DNA of 64,000 nt, taken from the NCBI GenBank assembly GCA_012729815.1, contig JAAYCJ010000174.1, positions 1,668-65,667 on the forward strand, written 5' to 3'. Below, one piece after another: positions 56,021 through 64,000 of the stretch. The first letter of the stretch is position 1; each line of letters begins with the position of its first letter. The stretch comes from Phycisphaerae bacterium. Its GTDB lineage: Bacteria > Planctomycetota > Phycisphaerae > JAAYCJ01. The position numbers were made by a program, and so were the translations under genes. The notes beneath the pieces are model-generated. The model ran no database searches and was not told the DNA's origin. It worked only from the letters and a program-made list of their open reading frames with translations.

Positions 56021-56424
56021 GACGCCTTCCTCGCCGGTGTGTCCACAGTCGCCTGCGCGTTGACCCGGCCGATCGCATCAAGAATAACCAGAATGTTCAG
56101 CAGCCCGGCCACGCCCGTGTAGATCGTAGCCAGATCGAGCGTCTTCCCGTAGGATGGCATGGCTGAAGGAAGCTTGCCGATCGCCATCGTCAGCATCGTG
56201 TACCCGCCGGTAAAGACGTGAGCGGCGAACCACCAGCGGTTGGTGTCCCAGCTGACCGTGCTCTGGGCCCCGCCGATGACCACCCCGGTCCAGAACGCCA
56301 GGCTGATCGCCACAAAGATCACCAAGCCGCGAGCCCGCATTCCCGCATACAGGTGGCCCAGTCCAGGCACCAGCCACGCCAGCACGCCTGCCACAATCGG
56401 ATTTTTGCCTCTGATCGCGCCCAA
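56017..56424 (-). CDS. membrane protein (135 aa, ~4 TM), unknown function
   Basis: Hydrophobic helices. Follows the FmdB-like zinc-ribbon gene by 12 nt. Confidence 0.55.
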   Translation of the reverse strand: MGAIRGKNPIVAGVLAWLVPGLGHLYAGMRARGLVIFVAISLAFWTGVVIGGAQSTVSWDTNRWWFAAHVFTGGYTMLTMAIGKLPSAMPSYGKTLDLATIYTGVAGLLNILVILDAIGRVNAQATVDTPARKAS

Positions 56425-56436
56425 TTCACTCCTCGC

Positions 56437-56679
56437 TCAACCGTTGCCAAACGGGCAGGTCCCGCCGTCACAGCAGGCCGTGCCGGTCGGACAGCTTCCC
56501 GTCGCCGCACAAGGAGCCTGTGACGATGAACCACCCGAGCCGACCCCGAAAACACTGAACTGCTGCGGGGCGGTGCCCCCGCACTCCGGGCACTTCTCCC
56601 GCGAATTCTTGCTCATCTTCGCCTTCAGCAACTCAAATTTGTGGCCGCACTGGCCACAGAGGTACTCGTATATCGGCAT
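56437..56679 (-). CDS. FmdB-family zinc-ribbon protein with Gly/Ser/Cys-rich tail
   Basis: MPIYEYLCGQCGHKFE...CPECGG is the canonical FmdB zinc-ribbon signature. Start at the internal Met (56679). Confidence 0.7.
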   Translation of the reverse strand: MPIYEYLCGQCGHKFELLKAKMSKNSREKCPECGGTAPQQFSVFGVGSGGSSSQAPCAATGSCPTGTACCDGGTCPFGNG

Positions 56680-57576
56680 AAAAACTTCTCCCACGTCGGT
56701 GACGCCGGATCCGACAGTTCCCGAATAATGATAGCTTCAGACAACAGCACCGGCCAGAGCAAAATCCGCTTCAGGGCCAAAACCCGCGGATCACGCCCCT
56801 CCACGACGCCCAACCCGCCGGCATCCCGCATGGAGTCCGAGAATTGCCACATGGAGCACTCAACCGTGGTAGCTGAATTCCGGGATGGCGCAGCCCATCC
56901 TCGGCTTGTGCATTATCGGTCTTTCCCTCCGTTTCGAAACCGCTGCGGTCTTCCGCAAATCCATCCCGGCCGAGACCCGCACCAACACGGAAAACGACTC
57001 TCTCTGGCCCCAATCACGATCATGCCGTCAATAATGGAAGAACTCCGGCCGCGCGGCAACCACTTCGTTCGAACCAGTCACCAACACATGTTCATCCGCC
57101 GCTGAGCGGGAACCGCACCCCAACCACACGTGCCGCTCTCATAAATGACGACTGAAATGGTCGTTACGATGGCCACGAGATCGAACACTCTACGGCATCA
57201 ATCTCGATCGCTAATTTCTATCATGCAACACCACACGTCAAGTGCTATACACAACGAAAACACCGTACAGTACGACTTTGTGAAGGGGTTGCCGGACAAG
57301 AACTCCGTCCAAGCCGACTCTCGTGCGAATCATCCACAAGCCGGCAAAGCCCACCTCCGCCCACTAAGGTTGTATCAACTATCTTAATCCATCCGCCGAT
57401 ATTGTATGTTGGCAACCCGGTGCTGCTGACACCAACGCACCAGGCGCCCAGGCAGCATAAATGAGTTAATCGCGTCTTAACACTGATCGATGACGCTGTC
57501 CAGCGGTCGACAGGCAGACGGGCAAGGTCGCTCTCTTTACCGCCGGGACCCCGCGCGACCACCGAAGGAAAGTACG

Positions 57577-58854
57577 ATGAAGCAACTCATACCATTTGGC
57601 TGGAGCTTTTTTTTCCTACTGCTGAGCATCCCTTCCTACGGCGCCGAACGGGATTCAATTCTGGTGGGTTGTCCGCTCCCGCTGGACGCCTCCTACGGGC
57701 AGAACGGGCTGCGCGGAGCGACGCTGGCCGTCGAGCAGATCAACGCGGCGGGCGGAGTAGTGCTTAACGGCCTGCACCTGCCAATCAAGCTCGAGGTCTT
57801 GGACACAGGCGATCTGGACCCGAACGTCTCGGAAAGCGAGGCAATGGCCGGAATCGAACGGTTGATCACTGAGAAGAAGGTGGACGTATTGGTCGGAGGG
57901 CCCGCCCGATCGGAGTACGGCGTAGCGGCGATGGACGTGATAGCCCGACACGACGTGGTGCACCTGGCCGCCGTCGGTTGCTATACGCCCACGTGGGACA
58001 TGAAAAAGTTCGCCTCGGACCCGAAAAAATACCGCCGGTCGTTCCGCATGAGCGGCAGCATCGCCTGGTACATCGACGAGACGAAAGGACTGCTGGTTCA
58101 CCTGAAAAAGGAATATGGTTACAAGAAAATGTTCATCCTGACCCAGGACGTCCTGATGTGCCGTGACGCCGCCGAACTGGTCAAGAAAGCGGCGGTCGAA
58201 AACGGCTGGGAAATCGTCGGACAGGAATCCAATCCGACTGAAACGACGGATTTCTCAGCCAGCCTCACCAAGTGCAAGCGATCGGGAGCGCAGGTCCTGT
58301 TCCTCTGGAGTTACAGTCCGAATACGGCATTCCTGTTCGAGCAGTGGCGGACCATGGAAATCCCGGCCCTGCCGCTGGGCTTCGTCGAAGCCGCTGAGGA
58401 TCCCGATTTCTGGAACACCACCAACGGAAAATGCGCGTACTCGGTCATCACGCTCTCCGAGGCGGGAACCAGCCCCTCGGACGTGACGCCGCTGTCGAGG
58501 AAGTTCTACCAAGCCTACGAAAAACGCTGGAAAACCCCGCCGCGAAGCACCGGATCGGCGGCCGCCTACGAGGCCGTCTTCGCGATAAAGGACGCCGTGG
58601 AGCGGGCCGGCACGCTCGAAACGGATTCGCTCATCGAAGCCCTGGAACAGACGGACCTTCAGGTCGTTCGGGGCCGGCTCCGTTTCGACCAGAACCATCA
58701 GAGCGTGTTCGGCTACGATCCCAACACCGCCGTGCTCGGAAACTGGGCCCAATGGCAGGATGGGCAGCGGGTAACCGTCTGGCCCCTCGCGGCCAGGACC
58801 GGAAAACTCAAGATGCCGCCATGGCTCCAATGGTGGTGGCTCAAGACCCGCTGA
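57577..58854 (+). CDS. periplasmic substrate-binding protein, LivK/branched-chain amino acid ABC type (Peripla_BP_6-like)
   Basis: Signal peptide plus a type-I PBP fold. No ABC permease or ATPase genes follow; it is instead followed by a hybrid histidine kinase. Confidence 0.65.
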   Translation: MKQLIPFGWSFFFLLLSIPSYGAERDSILVGCPLPLDASYGQNGLRGATLAVEQINAAGGVVLNGLHLPIKLEVLDTGDLDPNVSESEAMAGIERLITEKKVDVLVGGPARSEYGVAAMDVIARHDVVHLAAVGCYTPTWDMKKFASDPKKYRRSFRMSGSIAWYIDETKGLLVHLKKEYGYKKMFILTQDVLMCRDAAELVKKAAVENGWEIVGQESNPTETTDFSASLTKCKRSGAQVLFLWSYSPNTAFLFEQWRTMEIPALPLGFVEAAEDPDFWNTTNGKCAYSVITLSEAGTSPSDVTPLSRKFYQAYEKRWKTPPRSTGSAAAYEAVFAIKDAVERAGTLETDSLIEALEQTDLQVVRGRLRFDQNHQSVFGYDPNTAVLGNWAQWQDGQRVTVWPLAARTGKLKMPPWLQWWWLKTR

Positions 58855-58910
58855 TCGCGAACCGGTGGTTGGAGCGTCCTGAGAGGACAGACAAAAACGA
58901 GGACACACAC

Positions 58911-61613
58911 ATGAGAAGGGCCAGCATCAGTTGGAAGCTCTCCGCAATCACCGTTACCGCCTTCACACTGGGCTTTCTGACGCTCGCCGTCGTCAACATC
59001 CTGGAGTTGAGGCGGGCCTACAAAACCGGTCTGGAAGAGGAAGCCCTGGTCATCTCCCGGCATCTGCGGGGCGTGATCTGCAGCAACCTCGGCGACCTGC
59101 CCCTCGACGGGTTCACCGGCATGAGCTCCTATCTGCAGAGCCTGGTCGAACCCAATCCCCATTTCGGCTACTGCTTCATCGCGGACCGGACACAGACCAT
59201 CCTCTACCAGCATCAGAAACAGGACGCCGCGCCGTTCGATCCCGCTTCCGCAGGCGATCTGGACTTTGCCGCCGAGACCGACCAGCACATCAATCCGATC
59301 GGACCGTACTATGAGATGGTCGTGCCCATCGTCTGGGAGGCAAAGGTGATCGGAACCATCCATGTCGGCATCCCCCGCAACCAGATCGATGCTCTGGTCA
59401 CCAAAGCCGTCGTCACCAACGTGGCCGTGGGCCTGCTCATCCTCTCGAGCGCCTTGTTCCTGCTCTACTTCCTTCTGACACAGTGCGTCACCCAGCCGAT
59501 GGCCAGCCTGGCCCATCGGATCGAGGCGATCAACCGCCATTTCAACCTGGTTCGCCGGAACGAGGACCAGGAGGAGGGCGACGAGTTGGAGCGGTTTGCC
59601 CGGTCGCTCAACATCATGGGACAGGAACTGGAGCAGAAGACCGTTTCCAAGGACTACGTCCAGAACATCATCGAGAGCATGAGCGACGCCCTCTTCGTGC
59701 TGAACAACCGCGGAACGATCGAGACCGTTAACGAAGCGGCGTGCCGGCTGCTGGGCTACAGCGAACCCGAACTGCTCCATCGACCCCTGCTGGATTTCGT
59801 GCAGACCGAGGAGGACCTGTCCTGGAAAACGGTTCTCGCCACCATGGCGGAGGGAGAGAAAACCCGCAACCGCGAAACGCGGATCAGAACGCGAAAAGGC
59901 GAGGTTGTTCCCGTGTTCCTGAGCTGCGCCGCAATGAAGGACGCCGTCAAGGCCACCACCGGCGTGGTCTGCACGGTCAAGGACATCACCGAATCGAAGC
60001 GGGCCGAGGAGGAACTGCGCCAGGCCAAGGAGACAGCCGAGGCGGCCAATCGGGCCAAGAGCGAGTTCGTCGCCAATATGTCCCACGAGATCCGAACGCC
60101 TATGAACGGGATCATAGGAATGACCGAACTGGCCCTCGAAACCGAGCTCACGGAGAACCAGAGAGAATACCTCGACATGGTCAAACGGTCGGCCGACTCC
60201 CTGCTGGGAGTCCTCAACGATATTCTCGATTTCTCCAAGATGGAGGCCGGCAAACTGGACCTGTGCCCCATCGACTTCAACCTTCACGACCATCTCCACG
60301 ACACCATCCGCCTCCTCAGCGAGCGGGCGGACAAGAAGGGGGTCGAACTCGTCTGCCGGATTCTCTCCAACGTCCCCGAATGCCTCGTCGGCGACCCCGA
60401 TCGACTCCGCCAGATCGTCGTGAACCTACTCGGAAACGCCGTCAAGTTCACCGAACAGGGCTCGGTGGTCGTCCAGGCCGCCGTCGAGTCACAGACCGAA
60501 AAGGAAACGGTCATCCACTTCACCGTCGAGGACACCGGCATCGGGATCCCTCCGGACAAGCAGGCGCTCATCTTTGAGGAGTTCTCCCAGGCCGATGCGT
60601 CGATCACACGACGCTACGGAGGGACGGGGCTGGGCCTGGCTATCTCTTCCACGCTCGTCCACATGATGGGAGGGCGAATCTGGGTCGAGAGCGAAGTGGG
60701 CGTCGGAAGCAGGTTCCATTTCACCGCCCGCCTCGCCCCATCGCTCGCCGCTCCCGCCTCCGCCAAACGCGAATTCGATGACGTCGAACCACTGCGGAAC
60801 CTCGAGGTCCTCGTCGTCGACGACCACCCGATCAATCGCAGAATACTCGTCGAAATCCTGACCAACTGGAGCATGAAGCCCTCCGCCGCCGGCAGCGGTC
60901 CGGAGGCGATCAATCGCCTGGTCCAGGCCCAACGGGCCGGACGCCCGTTTCCCCTGGTCCTTCTCGACGCCTGCATGCCCGACATGGACGGCTTCGCCGT
61001 CGCCGAGCGCATCAAGAACGACCCCACGCTCGCCACCGCCCGCATCATGATGCTCTCATCCTCCGCCCGGCAGCAGGACCTCCTCCGCTGCCGCGAACTC
61101 GGCATCGCCGTCCACCTGACCAAACCCATCAGGCAATCCAGTCTGCTGCAGGCCATCCTCCAGGTCTTGGGGCTTGCCGGCAGAGACGCCAAGACCTCCT
61201 CCGCTCCGGAACTCACCGCCCCAAAAGACCACCCCCCCCTCCGAATTCTCCTGGCGGAGGACAATCCGATCAACCAGAAGCTCGCCGTCCGAATCCTCGA
61301 GCGATGGAATCACACCGTCCTCGTCGCCAACAACGGCCGCCAAGCCGTCGAAGCGTCCGAAAAAGAGCGGTTCGACCTGATCCTCATGGACGTGCAGATG
61401 CCGGAAATGAGCGGCCTCGAAGCCGCCGCCGCCATCCGCGAAAGGGAAAAAGCCACCGGCGGTCACGTGCCCATCATCGCCATGACCGCCTGCGCCATGA
61501 AGGGAGACCGCGAACGCTGCCTCGAGGCCGGCATGGACGGGTACATCTCCAAGCCGATCCGCGTGAACGATCTGCTCGGCACGATCGACGAGGTCGTTCC
61601 CGTGCCTCGATAG
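58911..61613 (+). CDS. hybrid sensor histidine kinase: TM-periplasmic domain-TM, PAS, HisKA, HATPase, two C-terminal receiver domains
   Basis: H-box MSHEIRTPMNGIIGMTEL. HATPase LGNAVKFT, DTGIGIP, GGTGLGLAI. REC1 VVDDHPINRRIL...LLDACMPDMDG and REC2 ILLAEDNPINQKL...ILMDVQMPEMSG...GMDGYISKP. Start chosen at ATG 58911 with two flanking TM helices. Confidence 0.9.
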   Translation: MRRASISWKLSAITVTAFTLGFLTLAVVNILELRRAYKTGLEEEALVISRHLRGVICSNLGDLPLDGFTGMSSYLQSLVEPNPHFGYCFIADRTQTILYQHQKQDAAPFDPASAGDLDFAAETDQHINPIGPYYEMVVPIVWEAKVIGTIHVGIPRNQIDALVTKAVVTNVAVGLLILSSALFLLYFLLTQCVTQPMASLAHRIEAINRHFNLVRRNEDQEEGDELERFARSLNIMGQELEQKTVSKDYVQNIIESMSDALFVLNNRGTIETVNEAACRLLGYSEPELLHRPLLDFVQTEEDLSWKTVLATMAEGEKTRNRETRIRTRKGEVVPVFLSCAAMKDAVKATTGVVCTVKDITESKRAEEELRQAKETAEAANRAKSEFVANMSHEIRTPMNGIIGMTELALETELTENQREYLDMVKRSADSLLGVLNDILDFSKMEAGKLDLCPIDFNLHDHLHDTIRLLSERADKKGVELVCRILSNVPECLVGDPDRLRQIVVNLLGNAVKFTEQGSVVVQAAVESQTEKETVIHFTVEDTGIGIPPDKQALIFEEFSQADASITRRYGGTGLGLAISSTLVHMMGGRIWVESEVGVGSRFHFTARLAPSLAAPASAKREFDDVEPLRNLEVLVVDDHPINRRILVEILTNWSMKPSAAGSGPEAINRLVQAQRAGRPFPLVLLDACMPDMDGFAVAERIKNDPTLATARIMMLSSSARQQDLLRCRELGIAVHLTKPIRQSSLLQAILQVLGLAGRDAKTSSAPELTAPKDHPPLRILLAEDNPINQKLAVRILERWNHTVLVANNGRQAVEASEKERFDLILMDVQMPEMSGLEAAAAIREREKATGGHVPIIAMTACAMKGDRERCLEAGMDGYISKPIRVNDLLGTIDEVVPVPR

Positions 61614-61622
61614 CTTCCCGCT

Positions 61623-63563
61623 CTACCGGTCCAGCGAACCGTAACTCTGCCGTATCGCGTGGTACGCAGGCTTCAGTTCCAGGTCGTAGCTGATCACCGC
61701 GTCCGAGACCTGCGGCCAGCAGTCGCAGAGGTTCCACAGCAGCAACCCCCACGTCTTCGGCTCGGCCCCGTAGTGCTCGATCCACCACCGGCAGGCGTCG
61801 GCCTGAATCTTCTGGGTCACCTCGATCATCTCCTCCAGGCTCCTGGGCTCCGGATACCCGTTGTTGCGGACGCCCTCCAGAACCTGCCCGACGTCGCGAT
61901 AGAAGCGCCAGCGGTTGGTGTCGCTGGAGTGATAGTACCACAACGGATGACTCAGCGGCCACTGACGCTCCGCCGGCATGAACGAATCCACCGTCTTCTT
62001 CGACGGCAGGGAGATCCGGCCGATCTCGCTGACGAAGTTCGGCGGCCCGTCGGTGTAGAACTTCTCGTCGTGGCGGATCGTGTGGTTCCACAGGTGGCAG
62101 TCGCCGAACCGCGGGTCGTTGGAATGACGGCCGGGCGCCGAAAACGGACTCGACGGCACGTACGGCCGACCGCCGTCCAGCCGGCCAACCACCTCCGGCA
62201 ACACCTTGTGCGAAATCAGCGTGCCCGACTCGACCCCGCACAGCCAGTCCACCTCGTTGTCGCCCGACCAGACCCCCATCGACACATGCCCGCGCTGACG
62301 GCTGACCACCAGTTCCGCCTCGCGGCGGACCAGCTTCAGGTACGCCTCGTCCTGCGGATACAGCGAGCAGGCGAACATGAAGTCCTGCCAGATCAAAATC
62401 CCCTTCTCGTCGCAGGCCGCCCAGAAGTGCTCATCCTCGTAGACGCCCCCGCCCCAGACCCGCATCATGTTCACGTTCGCCTCAGCCGCCAGCCCCACAA
62501 GCTTCCGCGTCCGCTCGCCCGTGAACCGCCCAAACATCGCGTCGTACGGCGTCCAGTTCAGCCCTTTGGCGAAGTAGTCGCGGCCGTTGATGGTAAACCG
62601 CAGGCCGATCCCACCGTCGTCCCGCGGCTCCTGAAGCATCCGCAACTCGCAGACGCCGAACCGCCCCCGCCGAGTATCGAGGTGATGGTTCTCCGCGTCG
62701 TGCAGCTCAGCGGTAAAATCGTGCAGGTGCTGATCGCCCATCCCGTTGGGCCACCACAGCTCCGGCTGTGCCATCTCGAACGGAATCACCACGTCGTTGA
62801 GCCCGCCCGTCACGTCCACCGTCGTATCGACGCTGGTCCCGCCGTAGCTGCCCGTCACCCGCGCCTTGCCCGCTTGGCCGTGCCAGTCGACGGTCAGCAC
62901 CGCCTCCATCGACGCCCGGCCACCCTTGACCGCGACCGTCCGCGCCCCGGCGTACAGGATGCGCCCGCGGTCGACCAACTCGATCCGCGCCGGACGCCAC
63001 GGCCCTACCGTCACCAGACGCGGGCCGATGTCCCAGCCGTAGCTGATCTGGGCCTTGCGGGTCCGCGTCCGCTGGAGCGGAGGGTGTTGGCACGGGTCGC
63101 GGTCCGAAAAATCACACTCGAAGAGGGACGAACCGAACCGGATCATCAGTTCGACCGGCCGATCCGCGCGAAGGTGTGAGGTGATATCCACCCAGTACGG
63201 CACGAACATGTTCGAGTGTTGCCCGACCCGTCGACCGTCGATCCACACCGTCGCGAACGTGTCCAACCCCTCAAAGTGCAGCAACGCCCGCTGGCCGTCG
63301 GGTATCTCCACCGGACCAATCGGCCGACGGTACCAGAAATCCACCTCCTCGCACCAGCGGTAGTGGTCCAGATTGTCAGCGAAGAACGGATCCTCCACCA
63401 ACCCATGCCGGTGCAGGTCCGCCTGCACGCTGCCAGGCACCGTCGCCTCACGCCAGACCCGCCGCCCCTGCTCCTCCGGCGTCAGAACCTCGCGATCCTT
63501 CGTGGCATACTGCGTCCAGGCAAACTCCCAGCCGTCGTTCAACTCATAGACCCGCGTGGCCAT
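61623..63563 (-). CDS. glycoside hydrolase family 2 (beta-mannosidase-like)
   Basis: N-terminal LNDGWEF sugar-binding domain start, DFWYRRP and GxDxFATVWIDG motifs, and catalytic TIM-barrel region with NEVD/W-rich motifs typical of GH2. Confidence 0.8.
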   Translation of the reverse strand: MATRVYELNDGWEFAWTQYATKDREVLTPEEQGRRVWREATVPGSVQADLHRHGLVEDPFFADNLDHYRWCEEVDFWYRRPIGPVEIPDGQRALLHFEGLDTFATVWIDGRRVGQHSNMFVPYWVDITSHLRADRPVELMIRFGSSLFECDFSDRDPCQHPPLQRTRTRKAQISYGWDIGPRLVTVGPWRPARIELVDRGRILYAGARTVAVKGGRASMEAVLTVDWHGQAGKARVTGSYGGTSVDTTVDVTGGLNDVVIPFEMAQPELWWPNGMGDQHLHDFTAELHDAENHHLDTRRGRFGVCELRMLQEPRDDGGIGLRFTINGRDYFAKGLNWTPYDAMFGRFTGERTRKLVGLAAEANVNMMRVWGGGVYEDEHFWAACDEKGILIWQDFMFACSLYPQDEAYLKLVRREAELVVSRQRGHVSMGVWSGDNEVDWLCGVESGTLISHKVLPEVVGRLDGGRPYVPSSPFSAPGRHSNDPRFGDCHLWNHTIRHDEKFYTDGPPNFVSEIGRISLPSKKTVDSFMPAERQWPLSHPLWYYHSSDTNRWRFYRDVGQVLEGVRNNGYPEPRSLEEMIEVTQKIQADACRWWIEHYGAEPKTWGLLLWNLCDCWPQVSDAVISYDLELKPAYHAIRQSYGSLDR

Positions 63564-63932
63564 CGATCATCCTCATCACTTGTAGTCTCAAAACGACCGC
63601 CCCTCCCGGGGCGCAACGCAAGGATGATACCGAGAACTCCCAGCCATGAAAAGCCCTAACCAACCAATCAGACACCTTTGCCGTTCGCCGCCTTCGCAAC
63701 CCCCCACCGCCCACATTCCTGGCCCATTCCCTGCGTTCCTATAGGAATTCCTGGCGGCGTTTCCACCTGCGCCTCCAAAACCGCCCATTTGCCTTTAGGT
63801 CAAACCCATGATATCTTTATCCGGCGGGAACCACCCCCATCCCCGCCCGCGCGTCGCCCCACGCGACGTTTGACAACTCAAGACCCTCCGGCCGCGGGAA
63901 GGCGATTTCCTCCCGTTCACCCGATCGCGACA

Positions 63933-63998
63933 AATCGCACAATCTGTACAGAATCCCGCGAAGAACCGCTCCCCGACCAATCGTACATTCTGTACAGA
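63933..63998. repeat. two copies of a 20-bp element (AATCGnACAnTCTGTACAGA), each containing the perfect 10-bp palindrome TCTGTACAGA, 46 bp apart
   Basis: Read directly at 63933-63952 and 63979-63998. They lie ~370-435 bp upstream of the GH2 gene start, at the window edge. Confidence 0.5.
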
Positions 63999-64000
63999 GC

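Noticed and set aside
58713-63179. ORFs 58713..60299 (minus), 61659..63179 (plus), 51305..52792 (minus)
   Set aside because: Antisense to the hybrid histidine kinase, the GH2 hydrolase, and dapB plus its neighbour respectively; low-complexity translations.
1-64000. Search for CRISPR arrays, IS elements, integrases, restriction-modification or toxin-antitoxin hallmarks
   Set aside because: No direct-repeat/spacer arrays, no transposase/integrase/recombinase-like ORFs, and no nuclease/helicase/methyltransferase signatures were seen. The tRNA-Leu is not followed by an integrase.

Overview
This is a high-GC window on which almost every ORF has a strong antisense shadow ORF, so coding frames were picked by homology and codon bias. 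It most likely comes from a Planctomycetota-type chromosome. The basis for that is a DUF1559 prepilin-like protein typical of the phylum, many exported lipoproteins and hydrolases, and flagellar genes. The central feature is one uninterrupted, tightly packed minus-strand flagellar gene cluster of about 21.7 kb, running from flgB at 27717 down to fliA at 6385. Its gene order closely mirrors the Bacillus/spirochaete fla operon: flgB-flgC-fliE-fliF-fliG-fliH-fliI-fliJ-ylxF-like-fliK-flgD-flgE-flbD-fliL-fliN-fliO-fliP-fliQ-fliR-flhB-flhA-flhF-flhG-X-fliA. Directly upstream, in the same orientation, lie a cytoplasmic histidine kinase and a sigma-54-dependent NtrC-family response regulator (FlgS/FlgR-like), and a good sigma-54 promoter match sits 42 bp before flgB. 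Flanking genes are housekeeping (rpsA, apt, a sigma-70-family sigma factor, dapB, tRNA-Leu(UAA)) or metabolic and secreted: a eukaryote-type GT3 glycogen-synthase-like glycosyltransferase, a C10 streptopain-like peptidase, a BNR/sialidase-like lipoprotein, a GH2 hydrolase, a Zn-PLC/S1-P1-like protein, Gfo/Idh/MocA and SDR oxidoreductases. Signalling modules are a PAS histidine kinase with a stand-alone REC and a GAF-HD-GYP c-di-GMP phosphodiesterase, a stand-alone PilZ protein, a LivK-type binding protein next to a hybrid histidine kinase, and a MerR regulator. Several conserved but uncharacterised modules are also present: an ACT (UPF0237-like) plus UPF0210 pair, and an FmdB zinc-ribbon gene with two translationally coupled membrane-protein genes. 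I saw no CRISPR array, no transposase or integrase, and no obvious defence island. The less ordinary observations are regulatory architecture, unusual variants in conserved flagellar proteins, and small unannotated ORFs and structured intergenic regions. All assignments are by-eye motif and homology recognition without database searches.
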